Below are positions 20,975 through 30,996 of a DNA stretch of 64,000 bases, one piece after another. The translations under genes were made by a program, and so were the position numbers. This DNA is from an uncultured Gemmatimonadales bacterium (GTDB taxonomy: Bacteria; Gemmatimonadota; Gemmatimonadetes; Gemmatimonadales; GWC2-71-9): assembly GCA_963779755.1 (NCBI GenBank), contig CAVZZO010000003.1:832001-896000 (forward strand). Reading direction: 5' to 3'. The stretch's first letter is position 1. Each line of letters opens with the position of its first letter. The notes beneath the pieces were generated by a model, which ran no database searches, was not told the origin of the DNA, and was given only the letters and a program-made list of their open reading frames with translations.

Positions 20975-21082
20975 GACGAACCTCCAATCGGTATGCTGGA
21001 ATTGTAGTGGGGTACCGAGCGAATCGCAGTGGCGGGCGGCCGGCTGTTCCTGCCCCGTCCTCGCGGCGTGTTACCATTGAAG

Positions 21083-22336
21083 ATGCCCGAGTCGCGCTCC
21101 CGGGCCCGGACGTTCGCCGTCCCGGCCCTCGCCCTGCTGCTCTTCGCGGTGATGCTCTACAGCACGCGGGAGATCCTCGCGCCGCTGGTGGTCTTCCCCG
21201 TGATCCTGCTGGCCTTGTGGCCCCTGCGGCAGCGGCGCGACGTCGGGCGGGTACTGGTGGCGAGCGCGGCGCTCACCCTGGTGTGGTTCATCCAGCGGTA
21301 CCTCGCCCTGCTGGGGCCGTTCTTCGTCGCCGGGCTCATCGCCTACCTGCTGGCCCCGGTCGTGGGCTGGCTGGAGCGCCACGGGCTGCGGAAACGCCCC
21401 CTGGCCATCCTGACCACGCTGCTGGCCGGCCTCCTGCTCATCGCCCTGGTGCTGTTCATCACGCTGCCCCGGGTGTGGGACCAGCTGGTCGAGCTGATCG
21501 GGCGGCTGCCCCAGGTCGCCGAAAAGATCCTGAACCTCCTGAAAGGCGGGAGGGAACAGCTCGCCAACCTGCCTTTCCTGAACCCGGCGCAGCGCGAAAC
21601 CATCCGCAATCTGGACGAACAGAAGCTGGCCGAGTTGCTGCAGCAGAACGGCGACCGCATTGTGGGCCAGCTGGGGCAATGGGCGCTGGCGATCCTGGGC
21701 AAGCTCTGGAGCCTGTTCGGCCTGCTCGGCTATCTCGTCATCACGCCGGTGGTGGCGTACTACCTGCTGCGCGACTGGGGCGCACTGCTGGGCCGGCTGG
21801 AGAGCGGCATTCCTCCACAGCGGCGGCCCGGCGTGATGGCCTTTCTCCGTGAATACGACCGGCGGCTGGGCGGCTGGGTGCGGGGACAGCTGACCGAGGC
21901 CGCCCTGGTCGGCGTGCTGACCAGCGGGGGACTCGCCCTGCTAGGCGTCCCCAACGCCCTGCTGCTGGGCGTCATCTCCGGGCTCTTCAACGTGATCCCC
22001 TATATCGGCCTGGTGATCTCGGTAGTCCCGGCGGCGCTGGTGGCGCTCACCCTGCCCGACCCGGTCTCCGGCGCGTGGCGGGTCGCCCTGGTCTACGGCA
22101 TCGTGCAGTTCATCGACGGCAGCATCACCGGGCCGCGCATCGTGGGGGATGCCGCCGGCATTCACCCGCTCTGGATCATGCTCGCGCTGGCCATTGGGGG
22201 CGCGCTGCTCGGCTTCTTCGGCCTGGTCCTGGCCGTCCCCCTGGCCGTTCTCGCCACCATGCTGGGACGGATTGCGGTCCGGTCCTACCGGAAGTCGGCC
22301 GTGTACCAGGAGCCGGTGGAGCCGGTGACCCGCTGA
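21083..22336 (+). CDS. AI-2E family transporter
   Basis: AYLLAP, FNVIPYIG, PRIVG, IHP, GLVLAVP motifs. Confidence 0.92.
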   Translation: MPESRSRARTFAVPALALLLFAVMLYSTREILAPLVVFPVILLALWPLRQRRDVGRVLVASAALTLVWFIQRYLALLGPFFVAGLIAYLLAPVVGWLERHGLRKRPLAILTTLLAGLLLIALVLFITLPRVWDQLVELIGRLPQVAEKILNLLKGGREQLANLPFLNPAQRETIRNLDEQKLAELLQQNGDRIVGQLGQWALAILGKLWSLFGLLGYLVITPVVAYYLLRDWGALLGRLESGIPPQRRPGVMAFLREYDRRLGGWVRGQLTEAALVGVLTSGGLALLGVPNALLLGVISGLFNVIPYIGLVISVVPAALVALTLPDPVSGAWRVALVYGIVQFIDGSITGPRIVGDAAGIHPLWIMLALAIGGALLGFFGLVLAVPLAVLATMLGRIAVRSYRKSAVYQEPVEPVTR

Positions 22337-22340
22337 GCCC

Positions 22341-22670
22341 TCAGGCGGGCTCCACGATCACCGCCGTCCCGTAGCACAGCACTTCGGTCACTCCATTCAT
22401 GACTTCCGTCGCATCGTAGCGGATGCCGATGATGGCGTTCGCGCCTGCCGAATCGGCGTGGGCGAGCATGATTTCGAACGCCTCGACCCGGGTGTGCTCG
22501 CACAGCTCGGTAAAGAGGGTGATGTTGCCGCCCCGGAGCGTCTGCAACGCGCCGCCCAGGGTGCCAAGCACCGAGCGGGAGCGGACGGTAATGCCCCGGA
22601 CCACGCCAAGGTTTTCCCGGACCCGAAAGCCGGGGAGCTCGAACGCGGTGGTGGTGAGAGCGGGATCCAT
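22341..22670 (-). CDS. YbjQ/UPF0145 family protein
   Basis: [21 protein letters not shown]. Confidence 0.9.
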   Translation of the reverse strand: MDPALTTTAFELPGFRVRENLGVVRGITVRSRSVLGTLGGALQTLRGGNITLFTELCEHTRVEAFEIMLAHADSAGANAIIGIRYDATEVMNGVTEVLCYGTAVIVEPA

Positions 22671-22674
22671 AGGA

Positions 22675-22723
22675 GGAATGAGGAATGAGGAATCGGGAAT
22701 GAGGAATGAGGAATGAGAATCGG
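22675..22723. repeat. GGAATGA heptamer tandem repeat
   Basis: Six to seven copies of GGAATGA/GGAATCG. Confidence 0.85.
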
Positions 22724-22818
22724 GCCTTGCCGTCCTGCGACCGAGCGGCCCTCCAGGTGCGAGGCCGTGAGGAAGTCCTTTAGGGCCGTCTTGCCGCCTT
22801 GCCGTCTTGCCGTCGTCG

Positions 22819-23781
22819 TCAGATCTCCCAGTTCGACCAGATCAGTCCCCGGGGCAGGGTGGGTTCATCGGCCCCTTCCAGGGTCATTCGGAGGTCAGTC
22901 CAGTGGACGCGGCCGCCGGCGGCGACCAGCCGGGCGTAGCCGGACGGATCGGCGGTCTGGGCGCGGTAGGAAACCCGGCGCACTCCCTCGCGTACGGCGG
23001 AGGCGTCGATGGTGCCGAAGAGCGCGGTAAGGGCATCGTCGTCTTCGGCGACCAGCTTGAGCACCCGCAGCTCATCGCGGGGGCGGCCTTCCGCCAGCGC
23101 GGCGGTATGCCACAGCGCAAACCCGGTGAGGCGCCCGTCGCGCCGGATGAGACAGGTGTCGCCCACCGCCAGGTCGCCGGTCAGCTGGATCTCCCGGGTA
23201 AAGTCCACGCCTCCGCCCAGCCGGCCGCTGAGTTCCCGGCACTGGGCCAGCGCGAGGGCGCGCGCTTCGCCGGCCCGGGAGAGCAGCTCGACCAGGGGCA
23301 CCGGCCGCCGCGGCACCTCGCGCACCAGAGTGACGGTGAGATACCGCGGCCGGAACCCCAACCCGCTGTAGAAGCCGATGTTATCCACGGTGCGGGGCAT
23401 GGTCTCGAGCCCGATGGTGGTGGCGCCGCGCGCGCGCAGCCAGTCGATGCCTGCCTGGACAATGGTCTTGCCCAGGCCCTCGTTCTGCCGGTCGGGCCGG
23501 ACGGCAAGGGGCCCCATCCAGCCTTCCCGCCCCGACTGGTGAACCATATTGAACGCCGCGGGACGACCGTCGGCATCGCGCCAGAGGAAGGCGCCTTCTC
23601 CCGCATCCTCGATGGCGTAGCGCCAGATGGCCGGATTGAGATAAGGAACCCGCACGCCGATCATGCCGTCCCGCCGGTAACGGTCGGTAAAGGCCTCGGC
23701 GAAAATGCGGTTCAGCGGCTCGATATCCCGCGGCCCGGCCCGGTCGGGGCCGTGAATACTCCGGTCATGCAGCCAGGCCAT
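22819..23781 (-). CDS. GNAT family N-acetyltransferase (two-domain)
   Basis: [14 protein letters not shown] acetyl-CoA motif, [10 protein letters not shown]; start overlaps the sbcC end. Confidence 0.85.
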   Translation of the reverse strand: MAWLHDRSIHGPDRAGPRDIEPLNRIFAEAFTDRYRRDGMIGVRVPYLNPAIWRYAIEDAGEGAFLWRDADGRPAAFNMVHQSGREGWMGPLAVRPDRQNEGLGKTIVQAGIDWLRARGATTIGLETMPRTVDNIGFYSGLGFRPRYLTVTLVREVPRRPVPLVELLSRAGEARALALAQCRELSGRLGGGVDFTREIQLTGDLAVGDTCLIRRDGRLTGFALWHTAALAEGRPRDELRVLKLVAEDDDALTALFGTIDASAVREGVRRVSYRAQTADPSGYARLVAAGGRVHWTDLRMTLEGADEPTLPRGLIWSNWEI

Positions 23782-26185
23782 CACGCCCTCCAGGCTCATC
23801 ACGCACCAGCGACGACCCGCGGGTCAGGTCGAAATCCACCCGGATGACGCGGTCAAAGCCGTCCCGGATGCTCTCAATATGCGTAATGAGAACCACCTGC
23901 GGAAAGCGGTCGGCGAGCCCACGGAGCAGCTCCAGCACCCCGCTGCGGCGCTCTTCGTCCAGCGAGCCGAAGATCTCGTCCAGCACCAGCAGGGAGAGGG
24001 GCTGCCCCGCCCGCTCGGCGATCATCTGGCTGATGGCGAGGCGCAGCGCCAGGTTGGCGACGTCCTCCTCCCCGCCCGAGATCACCACCTTGCGCTCGCC
24101 CTCATCCACGATGGTGGGCACATAATCCTCGTCCAGTTCCAGCTCGGTATAACGCCCCGCGGTCATGTCGCGCAGGAAGGCAGAGGCGATCTCCGAGAGA
24201 TCGGGCCGGAGCGTGGCGTTCAGGTCGGTCCGCAGATCGCTGAACGCCCGGTCCAACTCGTTGTGCAGCGCCAGGTCGCCCGCCACCTGACGGGTCTCGG
24301 CCTCGCGGCGACGCCGCTCCTCTCGCCGCCGCCGCGTGGCCGCCAGCGCCTCTTCCGCCGCCCCGTGCTCGGCCCGCGCGCGCACCACCGCCAGCTCGGC
24401 CTGCCGGCGTTCCGCTTCGACCTGGTCGCACTCGCGCTGCAAGGCGGCGAATTCCTCCTCCTGGTATCCCATGCCCACCAGGCGCTCACGCAGGCCCCGG
24501 GCGTGCAACTCCCGCTGGCTCAGCGTGCGCTCGGCCACCTCCGCCTCGCGGACCAGCATCTCCGCCCGTTCGGCCAGGGAGCGCAGCCGCTCCGCCTCGA
24601 GCGCGGTCGCCTCCAGTGCGGCAACCTCCCGGCGGCGCGCCGCATGGTGGCTGGGGTCGTACGGCACCGCCGAGGCGGCCAGTGACTGCTCCAGGTCGGC
24701 GATCCGCCGGGCCAGCGTCTGCTGCTCGTCGCGCAGGGCCTTCTCTTCCCGGGCCTGGGTCCGGAGCTGGGCCAGCCGCTCGGTGAGCGATCGGATATTG
24801 CGGTCTGCCTGATCCCGCTCCTGGTCCGCGGAGGCGAGATCGGGGGGCGCCGTCTCCAGCTGCTCGATCCGCTGCTTGTAGAAGCTGCCGTTGAAGGTCA
24901 CCTCCTCCAGCTGCCGCTGCAGGACCTGCAGCACATGCCCATATTCGTCCCCCAGCGGCCGGCGGCAGGTGGGGCAGGCGCCGTCCTCGCCGGCCTCGGT
25001 GATACGGAGACGCTGTTCCCGGATGTCCTGGTACTGGTCCAGCAGGGTCTGCCGCTTGGTTTTGGCTTCCTGCACGTCGCGCACCCAGCCGGTGCGCAGC
25101 TCTTCGGCCCGCGCGGCGAGCGCGGCGCGGCCGGCCTGCAGACGGTCCAGCTCCTGTTCCACCTCGCGGACCGTGTCGGGGGCCGGCAGGAGCGCCAGCC
25201 GCTCCATCACGGCGCGTTGTCGTGCCCGGAGATCCGCCAGCTGCGCCTCGTACCCCTGCCGGGCCGCCACCGCCTTCTCCTGCGCCTCCAGCAGGGTGAT
25301 CTCCTGCTTGAGCCGGGAGAGGGGCTCGAGCTGCGCCGTCAGGCCGTCGAGCCGGTCACGCGCGCTCAGCGCCTCGGCCAGCTGACGATCGAGCTGTTCG
25401 TGCCGGTCGCGCGTCTCGGTAACCTTGTGGTCCGCCAGGCGCAGTTCACCATGCAGCTCCGCCACGGCTTCTTTCAGCCGCTGCATGGCCTCGAGCCGCG
25501 GGCGCAGCTCGGAATGGCGTGCCTCGGCAGCCGCCATAACCGCTTCCGCTCCGGTGCAGGCCAGGGCGGCGCGCTCCAGCCGGCCCAGCACGGCGCTCTC
25601 CTCGACTTCCAGTTCCGCCGTGTCCGCCAGACTGCTCTCCAGGACCTGGTGCCGTGCCCGCAGGGTGGAGCGGCGCTCGCGCAGGCGCTCCTGCGCCGTC
25701 CGCAGCCGCTCGTAGCCCAGCACCCGGGAGAGGAACTGGGCCCGCTCGGGCGCGGACATGGCCGCCATCACCGCCAGCTCTTTCTGGCCGGTGAAGTAGG
25801 TGTTGAAGAACTCGTCGCGGCTCATGCCCAGCAGCCGGGTGAGCCGCTCGGTGACGGCGCCCAGGCTGGTGGCGATCGGAGCGGGATCGCCGTCCTGGCG
25901 CAGCTCGGCGTTGCTGAGCGAGCGGGTCACCAGGTAGCGATGCGCCCCCAGGCTGAACTCCAGCTCCACCCGGACGGGAGTGCGGCCGCCGGCCCGGCGC
26001 CGGCGGATGGTGTCGCGGTTCCCCCGGGCGGCCGGCGTGCCGTAGATGGCGAACGCGACGGCCTCGAGCAGGGTGGATTTCCCCGCCCCGTTCGGCCCCA
26101 CGATCCCGGTGAGGCCCGCGCCCAGAACCAGCTCGGTATCCTCATGCTGCCGGAAGTTCACCAGGCGGAGCCGGTCGATCCGCAT
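23765..26185 (-). CDS. sbcC: SbcC/Rad50-like SMC ATPase
   Basis: GPNGAGKS Walker A, CPTC zinc hook, ISGGE signature, LVLDEIFGSLD, long coiled coils. Confidence 0.9.
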   Translation of the reverse strand: MRIDRLRLVNFRQHEDTELVLGAGLTGIVGPNGAGKSTLLEAVAFAIYGTPAARGNRDTIRRRRAGGRTPVRVELEFSLGAHRYLVTRSLSNAELRQDGDPAPIATSLGAVTERLTRLLGMSRDEFFNTYFTGQKELAVMAAMSAPERAQFLSRVLGYERLRTAQERLRERRSTLRARHQVLESSLADTAELEVEESAVLGRLERAALACTGAEAVMAAAEARHSELRPRLEAMQRLKEAVAELHGELRLADHKVTETRDRHEQLDRQLAEALSARDRLDGLTAQLEPLSRLKQEITLLEAQEKAVAARQGYEAQLADLRARQRAVMERLALLPAPDTVREVEQELDRLQAGRAALAARAEELRTGWVRDVQEAKTKRQTLLDQYQDIREQRLRITEAGEDGACPTCRRPLGDEYGHVLQVLQRQLEEVTFNGSFYKQRIEQLETAPPDLASADQERDQADRNIRSLTERLAQLRTQAREEKALRDEQQTLARRIADLEQSLAASAVPYDPSHHAARRREVAALEATALEAERLRSLAERAEMLVREAEVAERTLSQRELHARGLRERLVGMGYQEEEFAALQRECDQVEAERRQAELAVVRARAEHGAAEEALAATRRRREERRRREAETRQVAGDLALHNELDRAFSDLRTDLNATLRPDLSEIASAFLRDMTAGRYTELELDEDYVPTIVDEGERKVVISGGEEDVANLALRLAISQMIAERAGQPLSLLVLDEIFGSLDEERRSGVLELLRGLADRFPQVVLITHIESIRDGFDRVIRVDFDLTRGSSLVRDEPGGRDGLAA

Positions 26186-27363
26186 CAGCGCTCGGCCTCC
26201 TCCCGTTCCACTTGGTCGAGCAACCCGACGCCGAGGCGGACGAACCGCTCCCGGTCCATCGTCTCCGGCAGCGGGCGCCGCTGCAGATAATCGGACGTCA
26301 ACTCCGGCAGGGTGCGGCGCCGGCCCGGGGCGCCCACCCCGGTTTCCCGCGCCGCCTCGGGCCGCCGCAGGTCGAGATGAAAATGCAGCGCCTCGGATTT
26401 CCAGGCGCGAATGGCCGTATGATCAAGCTCCCGGCCCACATGGCGGGGCACGTTCCACACCACCAGCCGCACGATCTGATCCGCCAGGCCGCCGTCGATG
26501 GCACCGAGGCGTTCGGCGATGTGCCGGTCGATTTCTTCCGCCGCCAGCCCGGCGGCGTCCACCGGGTCGAGATCGAGCACCCGCCGCGCCAGCGGCACCG
26601 GCATGAACTCCGCCTCGCCGCTCTCCAGGTCGGCGAGCAGCCATCCCTTCCCCTCGATGCCGCGGCTGTGCTCTTCCGCCAGCTCGCCCCAGGGATTGGA
26701 ACTGACATACTCCAGCGCGCCGGAATACCAGACCCGGGGCGCCACCCGGGTCTGCACGTGGTAATGGCCCAACGCCACATAGCTCCAGCGCCCCTGCTCC
26801 AGCTCGCCGGGGCTCAGCAGCACTCCTCCGTATTCGACACTGGTCCGGTCGTAGGGAAACACCCCCTCCACCTCCCCGTGCAGCACCAGGACCTGGTGCG
26901 GCATCTCCCCTTCGGGCCGCATGGCCGGGCGGGGCACCTCCCGCAGCGCCTGGTCAGGCACACCCATGATGCTGAGCCCCAGCTCGGGGAAATCGAGCCG
27001 GCGCGCCTCCTCGGCCACGACATGGACTCCCAGCGATTCGAAGAGCCGCAGAATGCTGCCGGTCTCGGAGGAGCGAGGGGTATCGTGATTGCCGGCAATG
27101 AGCACGACCGGCGCCTGGGGCAGCGCCTCGCGCAGCCGCTGCAACTGGTGGAAGGCAAAGAGAATGGCCGGATTGCTGGGCCGCACCGAATGGAAGAGGT
27201 CGCCGGCAATGAGCACCGCCGCCGGCGCCGCGGCGATGATCCCGTCCAGCGCACGCCGGAAGGCATTGCCGATATCCGCCTCCCGCTGGTTCAGGCCATG
27301 CGGGGTCTGGCGGTGATATTGCCGGAATCCCAGGTGGGCATCTGCTATGTGCGCGATTTTCAC
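26185..27363 (-). CDS. sbcD: SbcD/Mre11-like nuclease
   Basis: ADAHLG, AGDLF, GNHD, LHG, LGHYH, YSG. Confidence 0.9.
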   Translation of the reverse strand: MKIAHIADAHLGFRQYHRQTPHGLNQREADIGNAFRRALDGIIAAAPAAVLIAGDLFHSVRPSNPAILFAFHQLQRLREALPQAPVVLIAGNHDTPRSSETGSILRLFESLGVHVVAEEARRLDFPELGLSIMGVPDQALREVPRPAMRPEGEMPHQVLVLHGEVEGVFPYDRTSVEYGGVLLSPGELEQGRWSYVALGHYHVQTRVAPRVWYSGALEYVSSNPWGELAEEHSRGIEGKGWLLADLESGEAEFMPVPLARRVLDLDPVDAAGLAAEEIDRHIAERLGAIDGGLADQIVRLVVWNVPRHVGRELDHTAIRAWKSEALHFHLDLRRPEAARETGVGAPGRRRTLPELTSDYLQRRPLPETMDRERFVRLGVGLLDQVEREEAER

Positions 27364-27461
27364 CGCTTTAGAATGGCTGGGGGAGTAGCCCAAGGCAAGG
27401 AGGGAATATCACGTGATCCAGTACCCGGCGCCGGGGGTGCGCCCACCCTAACTTCCCGGGC

Positions 27462-27863
27462 ATGCCCACCCTGGAACACGCCCTCGCCCTGGCGGCCCAT
27501 GCCCACGCGGGCCAGCAGAAACGGGGACGCGAGCCGTTCATCCTCCATGTGTTGCGGGTGGTTCTCCGGGTGGACACTCCCGACGCCCGCATCGTGGCCG
27601 CCCTCCACGACGTCGTGGAGAAGACCGACTGGACGCTGGGGGATCTGGCCGAGGAGGGGTTCGCCCAGCCGGTGCTCAACGGCGTTAACGCAATGACGCG
27701 GCGGGAGGGCGAGAGCTGGGAGGCTTACGTCGGGCGGGCCGCGGCCGACCCCATCGGCCGACAGGTGAAGCGGGCGGATGTGGAGGACAACCTCGAACAT
27801 ACGGCTGAGAGCGATACCGACCGGGTGAGACGCTATCGCGAGGCGCTGGAGCTACTCGGGTAG
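27462..27863 (+). CDS. Small HD-domain protein (RelA/SpoT hydrolase/Mesh1-like)
   Basis: AHAGQ, EPFILH, AALHDVVE, VKRADVEDN. Confidence 0.8.
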   Translation: MPTLEHALALAAHAHAGQQKRGREPFILHVLRVVLRVDTPDARIVAALHDVVEKTDWTLGDLAEEGFAQPVLNGVNAMTRREGESWEAYVGRAAADPIGRQVKRADVEDNLEHTAESDTDRVRRYREALELLG

Positions 27864-27890
27864 TCCCGGGAGGCGCCGCCCGGGTCGGGG

Positions 27891-29840
27891 TCAGGCATAC
27901 GGATCATCGAACCGCTTGAGCGCCGGCACCGCCGCCGGGGGTGGTTCGGCCATCCGTGGCCGCACCCGCCGCCCCAGCTGCGACCGGAAATAGGCCAGGG
28001 GATCGTCGGGCCGCGCCCGCCGGGTCTGGTGCAGCGCCCGCAGGACCTCATCCTCGGGCAGGCCCTCCACAATATCCTGCACCGATTGCAGCGGGATGCC
28101 GTGGTCGAGCCCGCGCAGCTGCCGCGCCACCGCGTCGGCAAAAGGCAGCTCGGCGCTGGGCGGGAACCGCTCCACTCCGGCGCGGCCGGTGAGCACCGCC
28201 GGCCGGGGAAACCGGAGGAACACCGGCTGGGTAAAGTGAGGATGGCGGACCATCAGCTCGCCCTTGGGCAGTGTGGCCAGCTTGATCCGGGTGGCGGGAG
28301 AGAGCGTACCATAGCCCGGCGTGGCCAGTTCATCCATGTCCATGCGGCCGAACACCGCGGTGCCCGCATTGCCGATCACGCGCCGCTGCACCTGGGAACG
28401 AAACTGCTGGGCCGAGAACAGCACCAGGCCGAGGTAGCGCCCCCGCTCCGACAGGTCGAGCAGCATCTTGCGGACGTAGGTTTCCGGCCCGTCGGCCGGC
28501 GCGTACTTGTTGAGTTCGTCCACGAAGACAACTACGTGCTCCACGCCGAGGTCGCGCCGCTCCAGGTGCTCCCGGAGCTTGGAGACCAGCCGGGCGAAGA
28601 CCAGGTCCTGCGCCAGCGGATCCAGCCCTGCGATATCCACCGTGTAGATGGCGCGGTCCTCGAAGCGCCCCCAGGGCAGGTCGTTGACCCGCCCATCGTC
28701 GGTCACCAGCCCCTTGGAGCGCACGCTGATGTTGCCCAGCCGGTTCCGGACCTTGCGGATGGTGGCAACGTGGTGGGTGCGCCAGACCTCCCCTCCCTTT
28801 CCCAGCTGTTCCATGAAATCGAAGATGGCGCGGAAGAATTCGTCCAGCTCGGCGAAGCTCTGCACCCGGAAGGGCTGGTCCCGCAGCGCGGGGTCGTGGA
28901 AGGGCTTGCCCACCACCCGGTCGGCCAGGAAATCGATAAACGCGTCGGCCTTGGCGTCGATGTCGTCGCGGTTCAGCACCACCTCGGCATAATCCAGCAC
29001 CTCGCGCAGGCCCCAGATGAGCGGCTCCGTGTTCGCCGACAGGGCGTCATGGGTGCGCAGGGTATTGAGGTTCACGCCGTCGGGCTTGTGGGGCGCGTAG
29101 TAGCGCACGTTCCCGAAGGGTTCCGGCCTGAGCCCCAGCCGCCGGTACAGGGCGCGGTCTTCCTCCGCCAGTTCCACCGGCTGGTCGAGGAAGAGCAGAT
29201 CGGGCCCCTTCACGTTGAAGCAGAGCGCGGCCACGGACCCCTTGTGGACGGGGAAGGTCTGGAAGATGCTGGTGAGGAGAAACTCTACCGCGCTGGTCTT
29301 GGTGGCCAGGCCGGACACGCCGGTGATGTTGAGGTGCGCCGCCTCGGGCCCCAGGAGAAAATCGGCATCGAGGTACACCGGGGCATCCATGCCCCCGCCC
29401 CGGTAAACACCCACCGGAATGCCGGTGGGCCGCTCTCCTCCGGTATAGGCATCCATCCGGAGCGCCACCGCCACGTCGGCATCGCCGGCGAGCCAGACCG
29501 GCGCCAGCGGCACCGGCTGGAGCGGCTCCTCCGGCTCCTGCCGCAGCACCGCCGCCGCGTAGAGACGGATTTCGGTCCGTTCGGTGGGCGCGGCATCCGC
29601 CAGACCGGGCTCACCGTCGGCCGCGATCACGTCGTGCAGCGGCGTCGGCAAATCGGAATAGGCGAAGCCTTCCGTCACGATGGCGTAGACCGTCCGCGCC
29701 GGCGATTCCGCCCGCACGATCGCCCCGATCCCCACCGGCGACTCCCGCGCGGTCCAGAAATGGAACTGGTGGGGCGTGGAGGGCTTCATCTCGGTGGCCA
29801 CGACGCGGCCGACGGGCGGCGAGGCGGATTCGAACGTCAT
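27891..29840 (-). CDS. herA: HerA-like ATPase
   Basis: HAS-barrel-like N-terminus, HLNITGVSGLATKTS Walker A variant, VFVDELNKYAP Walker B, ERGRYLG. Confidence 0.8.
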   Translation of the reverse strand: MTFESASPPVGRVVATEMKPSTPHQFHFWTARESPVGIGAIVRAESPARTVYAIVTEGFAYSDLPTPLHDVIAADGEPGLADAAPTERTEIRLYAAAVLRQEPEEPLQPVPLAPVWLAGDADVAVALRMDAYTGGERPTGIPVGVYRGGGMDAPVYLDADFLLGPEAAHLNITGVSGLATKTSAVEFLLTSIFQTFPVHKGSVAALCFNVKGPDLLFLDQPVELAEEDRALYRRLGLRPEPFGNVRYYAPHKPDGVNLNTLRTHDALSANTEPLIWGLREVLDYAEVVLNRDDIDAKADAFIDFLADRVVGKPFHDPALRDQPFRVQSFAELDEFFRAIFDFMEQLGKGGEVWRTHHVATIRKVRNRLGNISVRSKGLVTDDGRVNDLPWGRFEDRAIYTVDIAGLDPLAQDLVFARLVSKLREHLERRDLGVEHVVVFVDELNKYAPADGPETYVRKMLLDLSERGRYLGLVLFSAQQFRSQVQRRVIGNAGTAVFGRMDMDELATPGYGTLSPATRIKLATLPKGELMVRHPHFTQPVFLRFPRPAVLTGRAGVERFPPSAELPFADAVARQLRGLDHGIPLQSVQDIVEGLPEDEVLRALHQTRRARPDDPLAYFRSQLGRRVRPRMAEPPPAAVPALKRFDDPYA

Positions 29841-30865
29841 ACTGCTCCCTTGGAGGAACCGGGAACCAGGAACCGGGAATCAGGATCCTCCCACGCCGCC
29901 GCCGCTCCCGGCGCCTCGTTCCTGGTTCCTGATTCCTGCTGCCCCGTTCCTGCCCGCAGAAAGATCTCCACATCGCGGAAGCCATACAGCAGCCGGTCCC
30001 AGCGCGCATCCGGCGTGCTCAGCGGCGCACGCTCGGCCAGCAGGCGGCGGGCGAGCTCGCCGGCCTCCGCCACCGAGCGCGCGCGGGGAGCGCACTCGAC
30101 CCGGATGAGTCCATGGAAGACGTCGCGGCCGCCGGGATCCCACAGGCGCAGCGCCCAGGAATAGACCGGCGCCACCACGCTGGGCGCGGGTGCGAAGACG
30201 CTGGTCCGGTGGGCCGCCGGCAGGCGGAGATAGCGCACCAGGTCGTCGCCTTCGAAGGGCAGCGCGGCGTGGCTCTTCACGATGCCCAGCATTTTCGGGT
30301 CCGCCGCCCAGGCCGGGGTGACGCCCAGCGAGCCGTCCACCAGCAGCCACTGGTCGGACTTTTCGCGCCAGGCGGTGCCCGCCGCCTGCTCGAGCCGCCC
30401 CCGGGCGGTGTCCACCAGCCGGCGGATGGCCTGCAGTTCGCGATGGGGATGGCGGGGCACGTCGTCGGGAATGCAGGCCTGGCTCAGCCCGTCCGAAGCG
30501 CCCGCCAGCAGGTCGAGCACCTCCCGCCGCCCGGCAATGAACTGCCGCCGCAGATGCACGGCGGTGCTGAAACGCCGCGCCCGGCGCACCCGGACCGCGG
30601 CACCCAGCTCCACCCAGGCCACGGGTGAGCAGCCGCCGTAGGCGAAGATGCGATACCGCTGGGTGCCGTCGAGAAAAGCGACCGGCTCCCGCCAGGGCTC
30701 CGGATCACCCACGGGGTGGATCGCCAGCCCCGGATCCTCGACCACCCGGGCCGGGTGGGCGCTGATCTCCTCCAGCCGGCTGTCATGCGGCGGCGGGGAC
30801 ACATCCACGGGCAGGAGCCCGCGTGCCACCGCGGCGCGCCGCAGGCGATTGAGCAGGGGATGCAT
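29837..30865 (-). CDS. nurA: NurA-like nuclease
   Basis: FLDGTQ, LLVDGSL and GIVKSH motifs; stop overlaps the herA start. Confidence 0.65.
   Translation of the reverse strand: MHPLLNRLRRAAVARGLLPVDVSPPPHDSRLEEISAHPARVVEDPGLAIHPVGDPEPWREPVAFLDGTQRYRIFAYGGCSPVAWVELGAAVRVRRARRFSTAVHLRRQFIAGRREVLDLLAGASDGLSQACIPDDVPRHPHRELQAIRRLVDTARGRLEQAAGTAWREKSDQWLLVDGSLGVTPAWAADPKMLGIVKSHAALPFEGDDLVRYLRLPAAHRTSVFAPAPSVVAPVYSWALRLWDPGGRDVFHGLIRVECAPRARSVAEAGELARRLLAERAPLSTPDARWDRLLYGFRDVEIFLRAGTGQQESGTRNEAPGAAAAWEDPDSRFLVPGSSKGAV
29855..29936. repeat. GGAAYCR heptamer inverted-repeat cluster inside the 3' end of nurA
   Basis: 4 direct copies (29855-29882) and about 3 inverted copies (29917-29936). Confidence 0.7.
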
Positions 30866-30996
30866 GCGCTGGAAGCTAACGGTGCGGCGTGACCCTCTCG
30901 ACCCTCTCGACCCCCGAGAAGGATCGAGAAGCTCGAGCCACTGTGACGCACCCCTCCAATCATGTAATTTCCTCGACCCCTTCGCACGGATCGAGG

